Below are positions 48,013 through 56,258 of a stretch of DNA of 64,000 nucleotides, one piece after another. The DNA is taken from positions 67,439 to 131,438 of IMG/VR virus record IMGVR_UViG_3300023174_000068. One strand, given 5' to 3'. The DNA is from a virus. The first letter of the stretch is position 1; every line of letters starts with the position of its first letter. A program made the position numbers and the translations under genes. The notes under the pieces were generated by a model, which saw nothing but the letters and a program-made list of their open reading frames with translations, was not told the origin of the DNA and searched no databases.

Positions 48013-49208
48013 CCTATTTTCTTTTTCTTTCTTTTCTTAATTTCCTTCTTTTTCTGAGACACTATCTCCTTTGAAGTTTTTGTTAAATAATCTGTTTGCC
48101 TTAAAAACCGATTATGGAAATCATCCTGTCTAGTCATACTATCAGTCGGATTTAATTGACCGGTAATATTGCCAAATGGAGTGTGCGGTAATACTGAACT
48201 TTCCAAACCAGGTGTGTACATAGAGTTTTCCAAAAACTTTACAAACTGTCGAAACGTAAACACTTTGGACTCTCTTTTATACAAACTCCTTTCGTCTTCT
48301 TCTCCTGTAAAAATAACATGAAACTCACCAATATTACTGTAATCTTCGTTGTTAAGATTTTTACAGACATCATCAATATGTTCCCAATTTTTTCTATCAT
48401 CATCTGAAAACCCAATTTTAGCAACCACTTTCCACGTCTCACCAGATTTAATAGTTTCTATATCATCATTTAGATTTACTTCTAATTCTTTGGCCAAATC
48501 GTCGCATTTTTTGACAAAGTTCTTAAATGCCATTTCTTTTGCCCTTTCTGGGTTATCAGGAGCTCCACCCCTTGATGGTGCAGAAACTCCAATAAACTGA
48601 CAAAGGTCTAAATAGTTGCTTATTAACCTTTCGTCTGAATCAATAGTTTTGTCATAAAGGTGCGAAAACATCTTTAAATGGTCTATCATAGATAATTTTT
48701 GTTCTGAACTCAAATTTGATATGATAAACTCAATAGCCTTTCTCATCGGGCCACCGTTGCTATTTGCACCAGACTCATGTCCTCTGGCTGTAATGATTGC
48801 AAAAAGTGAGCCGGTTGTTAAACATTCAATAAATTTATCATATGATTTTGCGAAGCTGCCCTGTAGTAGTGCCCTTCTAACATCTTTATAGAAAATATCA
48901 GGATCGACTTCATCTCTAAAATTTCTGAAAGGATCATTTGCATATCCAACCACAGTGTGACCGGAATATTCAAAATTTATTTTTCCAATTTGAGACCTGT
49001 AGTGTGCGAAATCTTCGGTATTCATACCGACTTCTAATCCGTTTTCATCTTGGAGAAAGATTTCCGTTGGCATTCTAAAAATGTTATCATCCCAATCAAA
49101 TGCGTAGTAAAGTAATTGATAAACTCTGTATTTATTTCCAGATTTATCATAAAAATCATCTTGAAGATATTCTTCTGTTAAATAGGTATTAAATTTCTTT
49201 AGATTCAC
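48009..49208 (-). CDS. HAD-superfamily-like protein with a CTS-like N-terminus
   Basis: YAFDWDDNI (DxD), IITARGH, K in PERAK, GFSDDD. Confidence 0.7.
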   Translation of the reverse strand: MNLKKFNTYLTEEYLQDDFYDKSGNKYRVYQLLYYAFDWDDNIFRMPTEIFLQDENGLEVGMNTEDFAHYRSQIGKINFEYSGHTVVGYANDPFRNFRDEVDPDIFYKDVRRALLQGSFAKSYDKFIECLTTGSLFAIITARGHESGANSNGGPMRKAIEFIISNLSSEQKLSMIDHLKMFSHLYDKTIDSDERLISNYLDLCQFIGVSAPSRGGAPDNPERAKEMAFKNFVKKCDDLAKELEVNLNDDIETIKSGETWKVVAKIGFSDDDRKNWEHIDDVCKNLNNEDYSNIGEFHVIFTGEEDERSLYKRESKVFTFRQFVKFLENSMYTPGLESSVLPHTPFGNITGQLNPTDSMTRQDDFHNRFLRQTDYLTKTSKEIVSQKKKEIKKRKKKKIG

Positions 49209-49271
49209 TTTTTTTGTAAACTTTTGTATTGAATTTATATATTAAATTTTGTAAACTAAAATAATATCCAA

Positions 49272-49922
49272 ATGGCACAAGGAGTTCATAAAATCACAAA
49301 AAATTTCGAAGACGAATTATCAAAATATACCGGAGCGCCCTACGTTGTAACTGTTGACAACATGAGCAACGCTCTTTTTCTTTCACTCTACTACGAACAC
49401 CATATAAAATCAAGATGTGAAAAATCCATAAAAATACCAAGTAGAACTTATCCTTCTGTGCCGTGTGAAATTATTCATGCAGGATTAAAAGTTGACTTTC
49501 AACCAGTAGTTGGTGAAACGATTAAGGGAGCCTATCAACTAGTTGGATCTCGTGTCTGGGACTCGGCCCTTACTTTTACTTGGAACATGTATATCCCAGA
49601 AACCCATATGTGTGTGTCATTTACCGGACCCTACAAACACTTAAAACTGGGCAAAGGTGGAGCAATTCTAACTGATTGCGAAGAGGCTTACAAGTGGTTC
49701 AAAAAAGCTCGATTCAGTGGTCGAGACGAGTGTTCCTATCACGTTGATGATTTTGACGTTAATCCAGTTGTTGGTTGGAATTTTTATATGATGCCTGAGA
49801 TTGCAGCTCGGGGACTACTTCTGATTTCTCAATTTTATGACCAAGATGGTTCTGCAAAACACAATGAAGATTTAGAACTTCCTTATCCAGATCTTTCCAA
49901 ATTCGAAGTTTATAAAAAGTAA
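49272..49922 (+). CDS. short DegT/DnrJ/EryC1/StrS aminotransferase-like protein
   Basis: FEDELSKYTG, NMSNALFLSL, PSRTYPSV, WDSA, SFTGPYKHLKLGKGGAIL, GWNFYM. Confidence 0.8.
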   Translation: MAQGVHKITKNFEDELSKYTGAPYVVTVDNMSNALFLSLYYEHHIKSRCEKSIKIPSRTYPSVPCEIIHAGLKVDFQPVVGETIKGAYQLVGSRVWDSALTFTWNMYIPETHMCVSFTGPYKHLKLGKGGAILTDCEEAYKWFKKARFSGRDECSYHVDDFDVNPVVGWNFYMMPEIAARGLLLISQFYDQDGSAKHNEDLELPYPDLSKFEVYKK

Positions 49923-49928
49923 CTCGAT

Positions 49929-51866
49929 ATGATCGATTTGTTAAAACAGGTAAAAATCGTTGTTTACTATGTTAGAGATGAAAGGGTAAACTGGGTTAAA
50001 GATCAAATTAAAAATCTTAATCTCACCATTGAATTTGAATTTGTAAGGGGTTTTACTAAAGATGACAGCGAAGGCTATCAAAAAAACAAACACTCAAACC
50101 CTAAATATGCCGAAGCCGAAACAGACGGCCAGATTGCTTGTCTTCGAACTTTTGCAAATATACTCTATAAATTTAGTCAAGACAGCGGTGATAAAAAGTA
50201 TGTAATAACTATGGAAGACGACGCCTGTCTTCTTAAAGACGGGTTTGAAGAAAAACTTACTCAGGCAATACTTAAATATAAAAAATACAGAAAAGAAATT
50301 GACTATGTTTGCTTAGGATATGGACCATTTGATATCGAAAGACTAAAATCAAGAAACACAGGCCATGACGATGGATTTTATTGGGGATTTTGGAATGGCA
50401 GAAAAACAATAGAGGACTTCGATAATCTTTATGGTGGGCAGATGCTATTATTTGATAAAATTGCAGCGAAGCAAATTTCTGATGTATTTCACCAAAATAA
50501 CACCGATGAAATCAGAAATAAGATAAAAGAAAGAATCGACTTTGGGTTGATTTTTTCACTTAAGGTTGATGTATTACTTGGGGACCACGTACTTCCACTT
50601 GTATTTAGACAGTCCGCTCAATACCCACCATTGTGTATTGAAGGAGATTTTTTTACTTCTATGGAACAAGGTTTCAATAATTTTGATACAAGAAATTGGT
50701 CAAAATATCTTGAAATGTCTAATTATTACATAAATCAAAAATCTGATAAAAGAAAAATTCTACTTACCGACATTATGTTTCCAAACAAATTTTCAACTTG
50801 GAGAAATAATGAGATTATATCTTTTATTGAAGAATTTGATACCGATATACTTATTTTCAAAATTGATTCATATGCTGACACTCAATTTGATTTTGATTGG
50901 GACTTTCACAATCAATCAGGACTATTAAACGGTTACAATATTTTAATATCCAATCCAAAATATAACCATTTGAATAAATATAATCAAAGAATAGATGGGA
51001 CTAAATTTAATTATAAATTCTTAGCTTCTTATCTAATAACTAAATCTTCTGACTTTGATATTAATAAATACGATGCAGTATATCATATCTTTCTTAATAC
51101 TTTTAATGTTTTTGACCAACATTTTAAATTTGATTATAGTAAGCAGTTCATACACCTTTACCCAGGAGGCGGTTATACAGATTTATCAAAAATAGACAAT
51201 TTAGAACCAAAAATAAATATCATATCAACACATCACAGGACAACTAAAAAACTAAAAGAAATCGGACATAAAAATTTTCTTATTGCTTACTTTGGAACTT
51301 TGATGAAATCGGATGAATCCTTCTTTGAGAAACCAGAAATAACTGACAAAACAATAAATATTTGTTTCTCTACTATGGGTAGTGCCGTTAACAAAGGCGA
51401 CGATATTTATCACCAACTGATTAATTTTTATCAATTATTTCCTGAAAAAAAGATAAAGTTTTGGGCAGTTGGTAATTTTGAAAAAAGAGATGGAGTAGAA
51501 ATAGTAGAACCAATGGACTACCTATCCTTAGCTAAATTTTACAGAAAAAATATAGATGTTTATATAAATCCTGAAACTGGAAATTCTTTTAACGGATGGC
51601 CGTTAGGCCTGGAGTCCGTGATAAATGGTTCTGTTCTTGTTACCTCTGATCCAAATAATGACCACGATTCATACTTCAAAGAGGAATCTGGTATATTCGT
51701 ATTTAAAGATTTTAGAGAACTTGTAAAAATAATTGACCACCTTTATGAAAATTTATCAGAAATTCGAAGTTACTCAAAATTGACACAGAAAAACCTAAAA
51801 AATTATTTAACATATGAAAATCAACAAAGTATAATATTTAACTATATAAAGAGCAGATTGGTATAA
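49929..51866 (+). CDS. two-domain glycosyltransferase (GT25-like plus GT-B-like)
   Basis: GQIACL...ITMEDDA (GT25-like); C-terminal NKG...YRKNIDVYI...GWPLGLESVING. Confidence 0.65.
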   Translation: MIDLLKQVKIVVYYVRDERVNWVKDQIKNLNLTIEFEFVRGFTKDDSEGYQKNKHSNPKYAEAETDGQIACLRTFANILYKFSQDSGDKKYVITMEDDACLLKDGFEEKLTQAILKYKKYRKEIDYVCLGYGPFDIERLKSRNTGHDDGFYWGFWNGRKTIEDFDNLYGGQMLLFDKIAAKQISDVFHQNNTDEIRNKIKERIDFGLIFSLKVDVLLGDHVLPLVFRQSAQYPPLCIEGDFFTSMEQGFNNFDTRNWSKYLEMSNYYINQKSDKRKILLTDIMFPNKFSTWRNNEIISFIEEFDTDILIFKIDSYADTQFDFDWDFHNQSGLLNGYNILISNPKYNHLNKYNQRIDGTKFNYKFLASYLITKSSDFDINKYDAVYHIFLNTFNVFDQHFKFDYSKQFIHLYPGGGYTDLSKIDNLEPKINIISTHHRTTKKLKEIGHKNFLIAYFGTLMKSDESFFEKPEITDKTINICFSTMGSAVNKGDDIYHQLINFYQLFPEKKIKFWAVGNFEKRDGVEIVEPMDYLSLAKFYRKNIDVYINPETGNSFNGWPLGLESVINGSVLVTSDPNNDHDSYFKEESGIFVFKDFRELVKIIDHLYENLSEIRSYSKLTQKNLKNYLTYENQQSIIFNYIKSRLV

Positions 51867-51870
51867 ATAT

Positions 51871-52431
51871 ATGTTTTATAAAAGAGAAGATTTAGAAAAA
51901 ATTGGATTCAAAAGTGTTGGAGAAAACGTTCTTATATCTGACAAATGTTCGATATATAATGCCAAAAGAATTGATATAGGCAATAACGTAAGAATAGATG
52001 ATTTTTGTGTTATTAGTGCCGGCGAAGGTGGTATAGAAATTGGAAATAATGTTCACATAGCCGTTTATTGTAGTATTATAGGAAAATCAAAAATAACGCT
52101 CTCTGATTTTTCAGGTTTATCTTCAAGAGTCTCTATTTATAGTTCGACAGATGACTATAGTGGAAACTACTTGACCAACCCAACCGTGCCAGAGAGATTT
52201 ACAAATATTATCTCGGGTGAAGTAGTTTTAGGAAAACATGTTATTGTTGGAGCAGGGAGTATAATTTTACCAAATGTAAAAATTGGAAATTACAGCGCAG
52301 TTGCTGGATTATCTCTTGTTTCTAAAAACATTGAAGAATCAAAAATAGCCGGAGGTATTCCAGCAAAAGTCTTAAAAGAACGAAACAACAACCTAATCGA
52401 TTTGGAATGCGAGTATCTAAAAAATTTCTAA
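51871..52431 (+). CDS. hexapeptide-repeat sugar O/N-acyltransferase
   Basis: Left-handed beta-helix repeats IGNNVRIDD, IGNNVHIA, VIVGAGSIILPNVKIG, GIPAK. Confidence 0.85.
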   Translation: MFYKREDLEKIGFKSVGENVLISDKCSIYNAKRIDIGNNVRIDDFCVISAGEGGIEIGNNVHIAVYCSIIGKSKITLSDFSGLSSRVSIYSSTDDYSGNYLTNPTVPERFTNIISGEVVLGKHVIVGAGSIILPNVKIGNYSAVAGLSLVSKNIEESKIAGGIPAKVLKERNNNLIDLECEYLKNF

Positions 52432-52775
52432 TCACCGAACAAGTAGTCATTGATTTTGCTAAGATTTCAAATGACTACAATCCTATTCATTTAGACGAGG
52501 AATACGCAAAAAATACCATTTTCGAAAAAAGAATAGCACACGGTATGCTATTAGCGAGCTATATTTCTGGGTTAATCGCAAATGATTTTCCAGGGGAAGG
52601 ATCTATATATTTAGAACAAAATCTATCTTTCAAAAAACCGTGTTATATAGGAGATGAAGTAGAGGTTGTTGTGAGTCTTATTGAAAAAACAAAAAATAAA
52701 TACAAATTATCAACTACTGTTAAAAGCGGTGAAAATATTTTAATAACCGGTGAAGCTTTGATATTGAAGAAATAA
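52407..52775 (+). CDS. MaoC-family (R)-hydratase/dehydratase
   Basis: FAKISNDYNPIHLDEEYA...IAHGML...PGEGSIYLEQNLSFKKP. Confidence 0.9.
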   Translation: MRVSKKFLITEQVVIDFAKISNDYNPIHLDEEYAKNTIFEKRIAHGMLLASYISGLIANDFPGEGSIYLEQNLSFKKPCYIGDEVEVVVSLIEKTKNKYKLSTTVKSGENILITGEALILKK

Positions 52776-52802
52776 AAAACCCACTTCTGAGAAGTGGGTT
52801 TT
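52773..52802. terminator. bidirectional terminator
   Basis: AAAACCCACTTCT-g-AGAAGTGGGTTTT between convergent genes. Confidence 0.7.
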
Positions 52803-52809
52803 ATTCAAT

Positions 52810-53226
52810 TTAGTTTAATTTTCTTTTCTTAATAAATCTACCAAATGATTCAAGTGTTGGTTCTTTTTTCATTTGAGCCATTTTATTGTTAGACATTTTA
52901 TTCTGAGCCGATTTCATATCCTCCTCGTCATCTTCGTCTTCTTCTTGTGCATATTCATCCTCTTCACCCTCTTCGTCTTCTTCTTGTGCATATTCATCTT
53001 CGTCTTCGTCTTCGTCTTCATCGTCCTCAAAATCGTCTTCTTCTTCAAACTGACCGAAGTTTTGAACTTCTTTTTGACCCTGAGCGGATTTTTCACCACC
53101 CTGCTCGCTAGAACTAAGTGTAAACTCTTCAACAACATCACCGTCCATTTCAGCTGTTACAGAAATCACACCATTGTTTTCTTCAATAGTTAACATATAT
53201 TCACCTATTTCAATTGTAGTTTTCAT
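52810..53226 (-). CDS. highly acidic hypothetical protein
   Basis: D/E tract with duplicated EDEYAQEEDE; C-terminal LESFGRFIK. Confidence 0.6.
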   Translation of the reverse strand: MKTTIEIGEYMLTIEENNGVISVTAEMDGDVVEEFTLSSSEQGGEKSAQGQKEVQNFGQFEEEDDFEDDEDEDEDEDEYAQEEDEEGEEDEYAQEEDEDDEEDMKSAQNKMSNNKMAQMKKEPTLESFGRFIKKRKLN

Positions 53227-53312
53227 ATTTCTTTTATTTTTTTTTATATATTAATTTAAAAAAACAACTTTTTCACTTATTTAATCTAAAAAATTTAATC
53301 AACTCACACAAA

Positions 53313-53969
53313 ATGAATCAATTTCAAAAGTTCTTACTATCACAATCAATTTCAAGTTCACTTTCAGGTGATTATTTCAAAAAACTGGGTAGAAAAAACT
53401 TTGGACCACAATACTTTGATACCGGTGCCATGTCACAGGATGTTTTTTCAAAGCTACTGGATGATAGAATCATATTTTTGTCAGATGAAATAGATTCAGA
53501 TATTTGCAACTTAATAAAAGCTCAATTGCTTTTTCTTGATAGCGAAAGTGACGAAAAAATATCAATCTATATTGATTCACCAGGTGGATCGGTATATTCG
53601 GGCCTTGGTCTTTTAGATGTCATTGATTTTGTAAAATCACCGATTTCTACTGTAAATACCGGCCTAGCCGCTTCCATGGCAGCCGTCATATTGTGTTGTG
53701 GTAGTAAGGGTGAAAGAAAAGCACTTAAACGAAGTAGAACTATGATACACCAACCGCTAACTTATGGTGGTTGGATGCAACAAGCCTCAGATGTAGAAAT
53801 CGAAGCAAAAGAAATGAATACTCTAAAAAAAGAACTCTATGAAATAATATCCGAAAGAACTGGTCAGTCCTATGAAAAGGTATATAAAGATGGTGATAGA
53901 GACTATTGGATGTCAGCTATCGATGCAAAAAAATATGGCATGATCGACGAAATAATTAAAAAAAGATAA
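53313..53969 (+). CDS. clpP: ClpP protease subunit
   Basis: DVFSKLLDDRIIFL, YIDSPGG, GLAASMA (Ser), MIHQP (His), DRDYWM (Asp). Confidence 0.95.
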   Translation: MNQFQKFLLSQSISSSLSGDYFKKLGRKNFGPQYFDTGAMSQDVFSKLLDDRIIFLSDEIDSDICNLIKAQLLFLDSESDEKISIYIDSPGGSVYSGLGLLDVIDFVKSPISTVNTGLAASMAAVILCCGSKGERKALKRSRTMIHQPLTYGGWMQQASDVEIEAKEMNTLKKELYEIISERTGQSYEKVYKDGDRDYWMSAIDAKKYGMIDEIIKKR

Positions 53970-53972
53970 ATC

Positions 53973-54245
53973 TTACTTATCTGATTTTGGTTTTCTAGTC
54001 TTTGGTTTAGACTGAGTTTTATTTTCGGTATCTTTTGCGGTTGCCTTTTTAGCAGATTCTTTTTTTGGAGTTGTTTCTTTTTTTGATACGCTCCTTCTAG
54101 TTTTCTTTTTAACCTCAGGTGCATCTTCAACAGACTCCACAGTTTGAGTAATTGGTGCCTTTTCTGCAACAACTTCTTCTATTTGTGCTTGAACAGCATC
54201 AGATTTTTTACCAAATCCAAATAACTTTTTAATAAATTGTACCAT
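53973..54245 (-). CDS. small Lys-rich hypothetical protein
   Basis: MVQFIKKLFGFG followed by a K/T/S-rich tail. Confidence 0.55.
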   Translation of the reverse strand: MVQFIKKLFGFGKKSDAVQAQIEEVVAEKAPITQTVESVEDAPEVKKKTRRSVSKKETTPKKESAKKATAKDTENKTQSKPKTRKPKSDK

Positions 54246-54358
54246 TTTTATAGTTAATATTTTTTTTATATATCAATATAATATTCTTCTCCTTATGGTA
54301 AAATATGTCTAAATTTCAAAAAAATCAACAAATACCTAAGTTTATATATAAATAGGTA

Positions 54359-56179
54359 ATGAAATTTAGATACGATAAATCTTCTGAAGAAATAGTTGTC
54401 ACGTCTGCAACTCGTATTGAATATCACCAACTTAACCTCTGGTTGACAAGATTTGTTAAGGGTTATAAATATATGCCAGCATTTAAAATGGGAGTTTGGA
54501 ATGGTCAACAATCCTACTTTAAAAACGGTAGATTTAACTTTGGCCTTTGGCGAGAAGCAATGAAAGGTTGTAAAGAAATCGACGCATCATTTATTTTAGA
54601 AAACAAAGAAGATTTCCCCCTAAACAGAGACGTTACGTTAGAAGACGTCACTCTATTTTGCCGGGAATATTTCAAATTTCACAAAGTCAAGACCAAAGCA
54701 GGCGATTGGATTCCATTTATGCCCTATGATCACCAAATTGAATCAGCTTATAAAATTCTTAAAAACAGATATTGCATGGCCGAAGTTGCCACTTCTGGTG
54801 GAAAGTCTTTGATAATTTCAATTGTTATGTTTTACACACTAAAACACATTAAACCAGATGCTAAATTTTTAATAATTGTTCCCTCCATTACCTTAGTAAC
54901 ACAATTTTATGATAATATCCTTGAATATAATTGGGGAAGTAACAACTTATTAAAAATGAAAGAAGAGGGTTTCGCTGAAATAGAAAACAAAGAAGCACAA
55001 TATACACCCTGTGAAGTAAGAGTTGAAGAAGTTATGTCAGAAAAGCCCAGAAAATATTCTGGAACTCACGCTGCAAATGTTTACATTGGAACTTATCAAT
55101 CACTTGAAAAGTGGCCAAAGGAATTCTTTCAACAATTTCACACAGTAATAACCGATGAAGCACACGGTGCCAAATCTAAAACAATAACAACAATTCTACA
55201 AAAAACATTCAGACATGCCTACTCAAGATTTGGAGTATCAGGAACTTTTCCAGAAGACGACACATGTGAGATACTGACAATACAAGCTGTTTTAGGGCCT
55301 AAAATAACCGAAGTTTCTGCCTATGAGTTAAAAGAAAAGGGCATAATCACCCCAATGGAAATAAAAGCCGTAATTATGAACCATGCAGATAGTGAATTTA
55401 ACGAAAGAATCAAACTATTCAAAAAGGCCGGTGCAGGTAAAGACGCCTACGAACTAGAAAAAGCTTATATTCATATTTCAGAAAAGAGACTGGATTTCAT
55501 TAAAAAAATAGTCGAAAAATGTGAGACAAACACCCTACTTCTTTTTCACACAATAGAGTATGGTCAAAAAATATTGCAAAAGTTGGAGTCAGAACTACCC
55601 AGTCGAGAATACTTTTATATTGATGGTGAGATTAGCGGAAAAAAAAGGGAGGAAATAAAAAAACAAATGGAAATTACCAAACAAAAAGTAGAATGGACTA
55701 TTTTGAACTTTGGAGACTATGAGTTAGAATTCAAATCAGACACTAAGATTCCAATATCAGGTGGTGATTGGAAATTAGCTTGTGATATAACACCAGATGA
55801 CCAAATCGATGACGAGTTCCTTAAAAAATTTTTAGATATTTCTAAAAATAAAATAGTAAAAAATAAAAAAGTCACAAAAGATTCTGGGTCCACTAAGGTG
55901 TTAGTTGCTTCTTACGGTACTCTGTCAACAGGTGTCTCCATCAATGCCATTTTTAATGTAATTTTTGCAGACTCTTTTAAATCAGAACAAATAATTATCC
56001 AATCAATTGGTCGAGCCCTTCGTCTGCACACAGAAAAAGAAAAGGCTAAAATTTTCGATTTAGTTGATGTGTTTGACAGTGGTGATATGTCAAATATTCT
56101 TTTTAGACACTTTAAAGAAAGAGAGAAATTCTATCAGAAAAGACAATACCCTTACAAAGTTGTAAAAATTAATCTTTAG
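54359..56179 (+). CDS. uvsW: UvsW-like SF2 DNA helicase
   Basis: PYDHQ, ATSGGKS, TYQSL, DEAH, GVSGT, YIDGE, ASYGTLSTGVSI, IQSIGRALR. Confidence 0.9.
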   Translation: MKFRYDKSSEEIVVTSATRIEYHQLNLWLTRFVKGYKYMPAFKMGVWNGQQSYFKNGRFNFGLWREAMKGCKEIDASFILENKEDFPLNRDVTLEDVTLFCREYFKFHKVKTKAGDWIPFMPYDHQIESAYKILKNRYCMAEVATSGGKSLIISIVMFYTLKHIKPDAKFLIIVPSITLVTQFYDNILEYNWGSNNLLKMKEEGFAEIENKEAQYTPCEVRVEEVMSEKPRKYSGTHAANVYIGTYQSLEKWPKEFFQQFHTVITDEAHGAKSKTITTILQKTFRHAYSRFGVSGTFPEDDTCEILTIQAVLGPKITEVSAYELKEKGIITPMEIKAVIMNHADSEFNERIKLFKKAGAGKDAYELEKAYIHISEKRLDFIKKIVEKCETNTLLLFHTIEYGQKILQKLESELPSREYFYIDGEISGKKREEIKKQMEITKQKVEWTILNFGDYELEFKSDTKIPISGGDWKLACDITPDDQIDDEFLKKFLDISKNKIVKNKKVTKDSGSTKVLVASYGTLSTGVSINAIFNVIFADSFKSEQIIIQSIGRALRLHTEKEKAKIFDLVDVFDSGDMSNILFRHFKEREKFYQKRQYPYKVVKINL

Positions 56180-56258
56180 TTGATTATAGAAACCCTTTGG
56201 TAATATATAAAAAAACCCGCTTATCAAAATTGGTGGTGGTTTAAAATTTAAGAAACTT

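Noticed and set aside
52873-53193. Hydrophobic plus-strand ORF and alternative-frame Lys/Thr ORF
   Set aside because: Shadow frames of the acidic D/E-repeat gene
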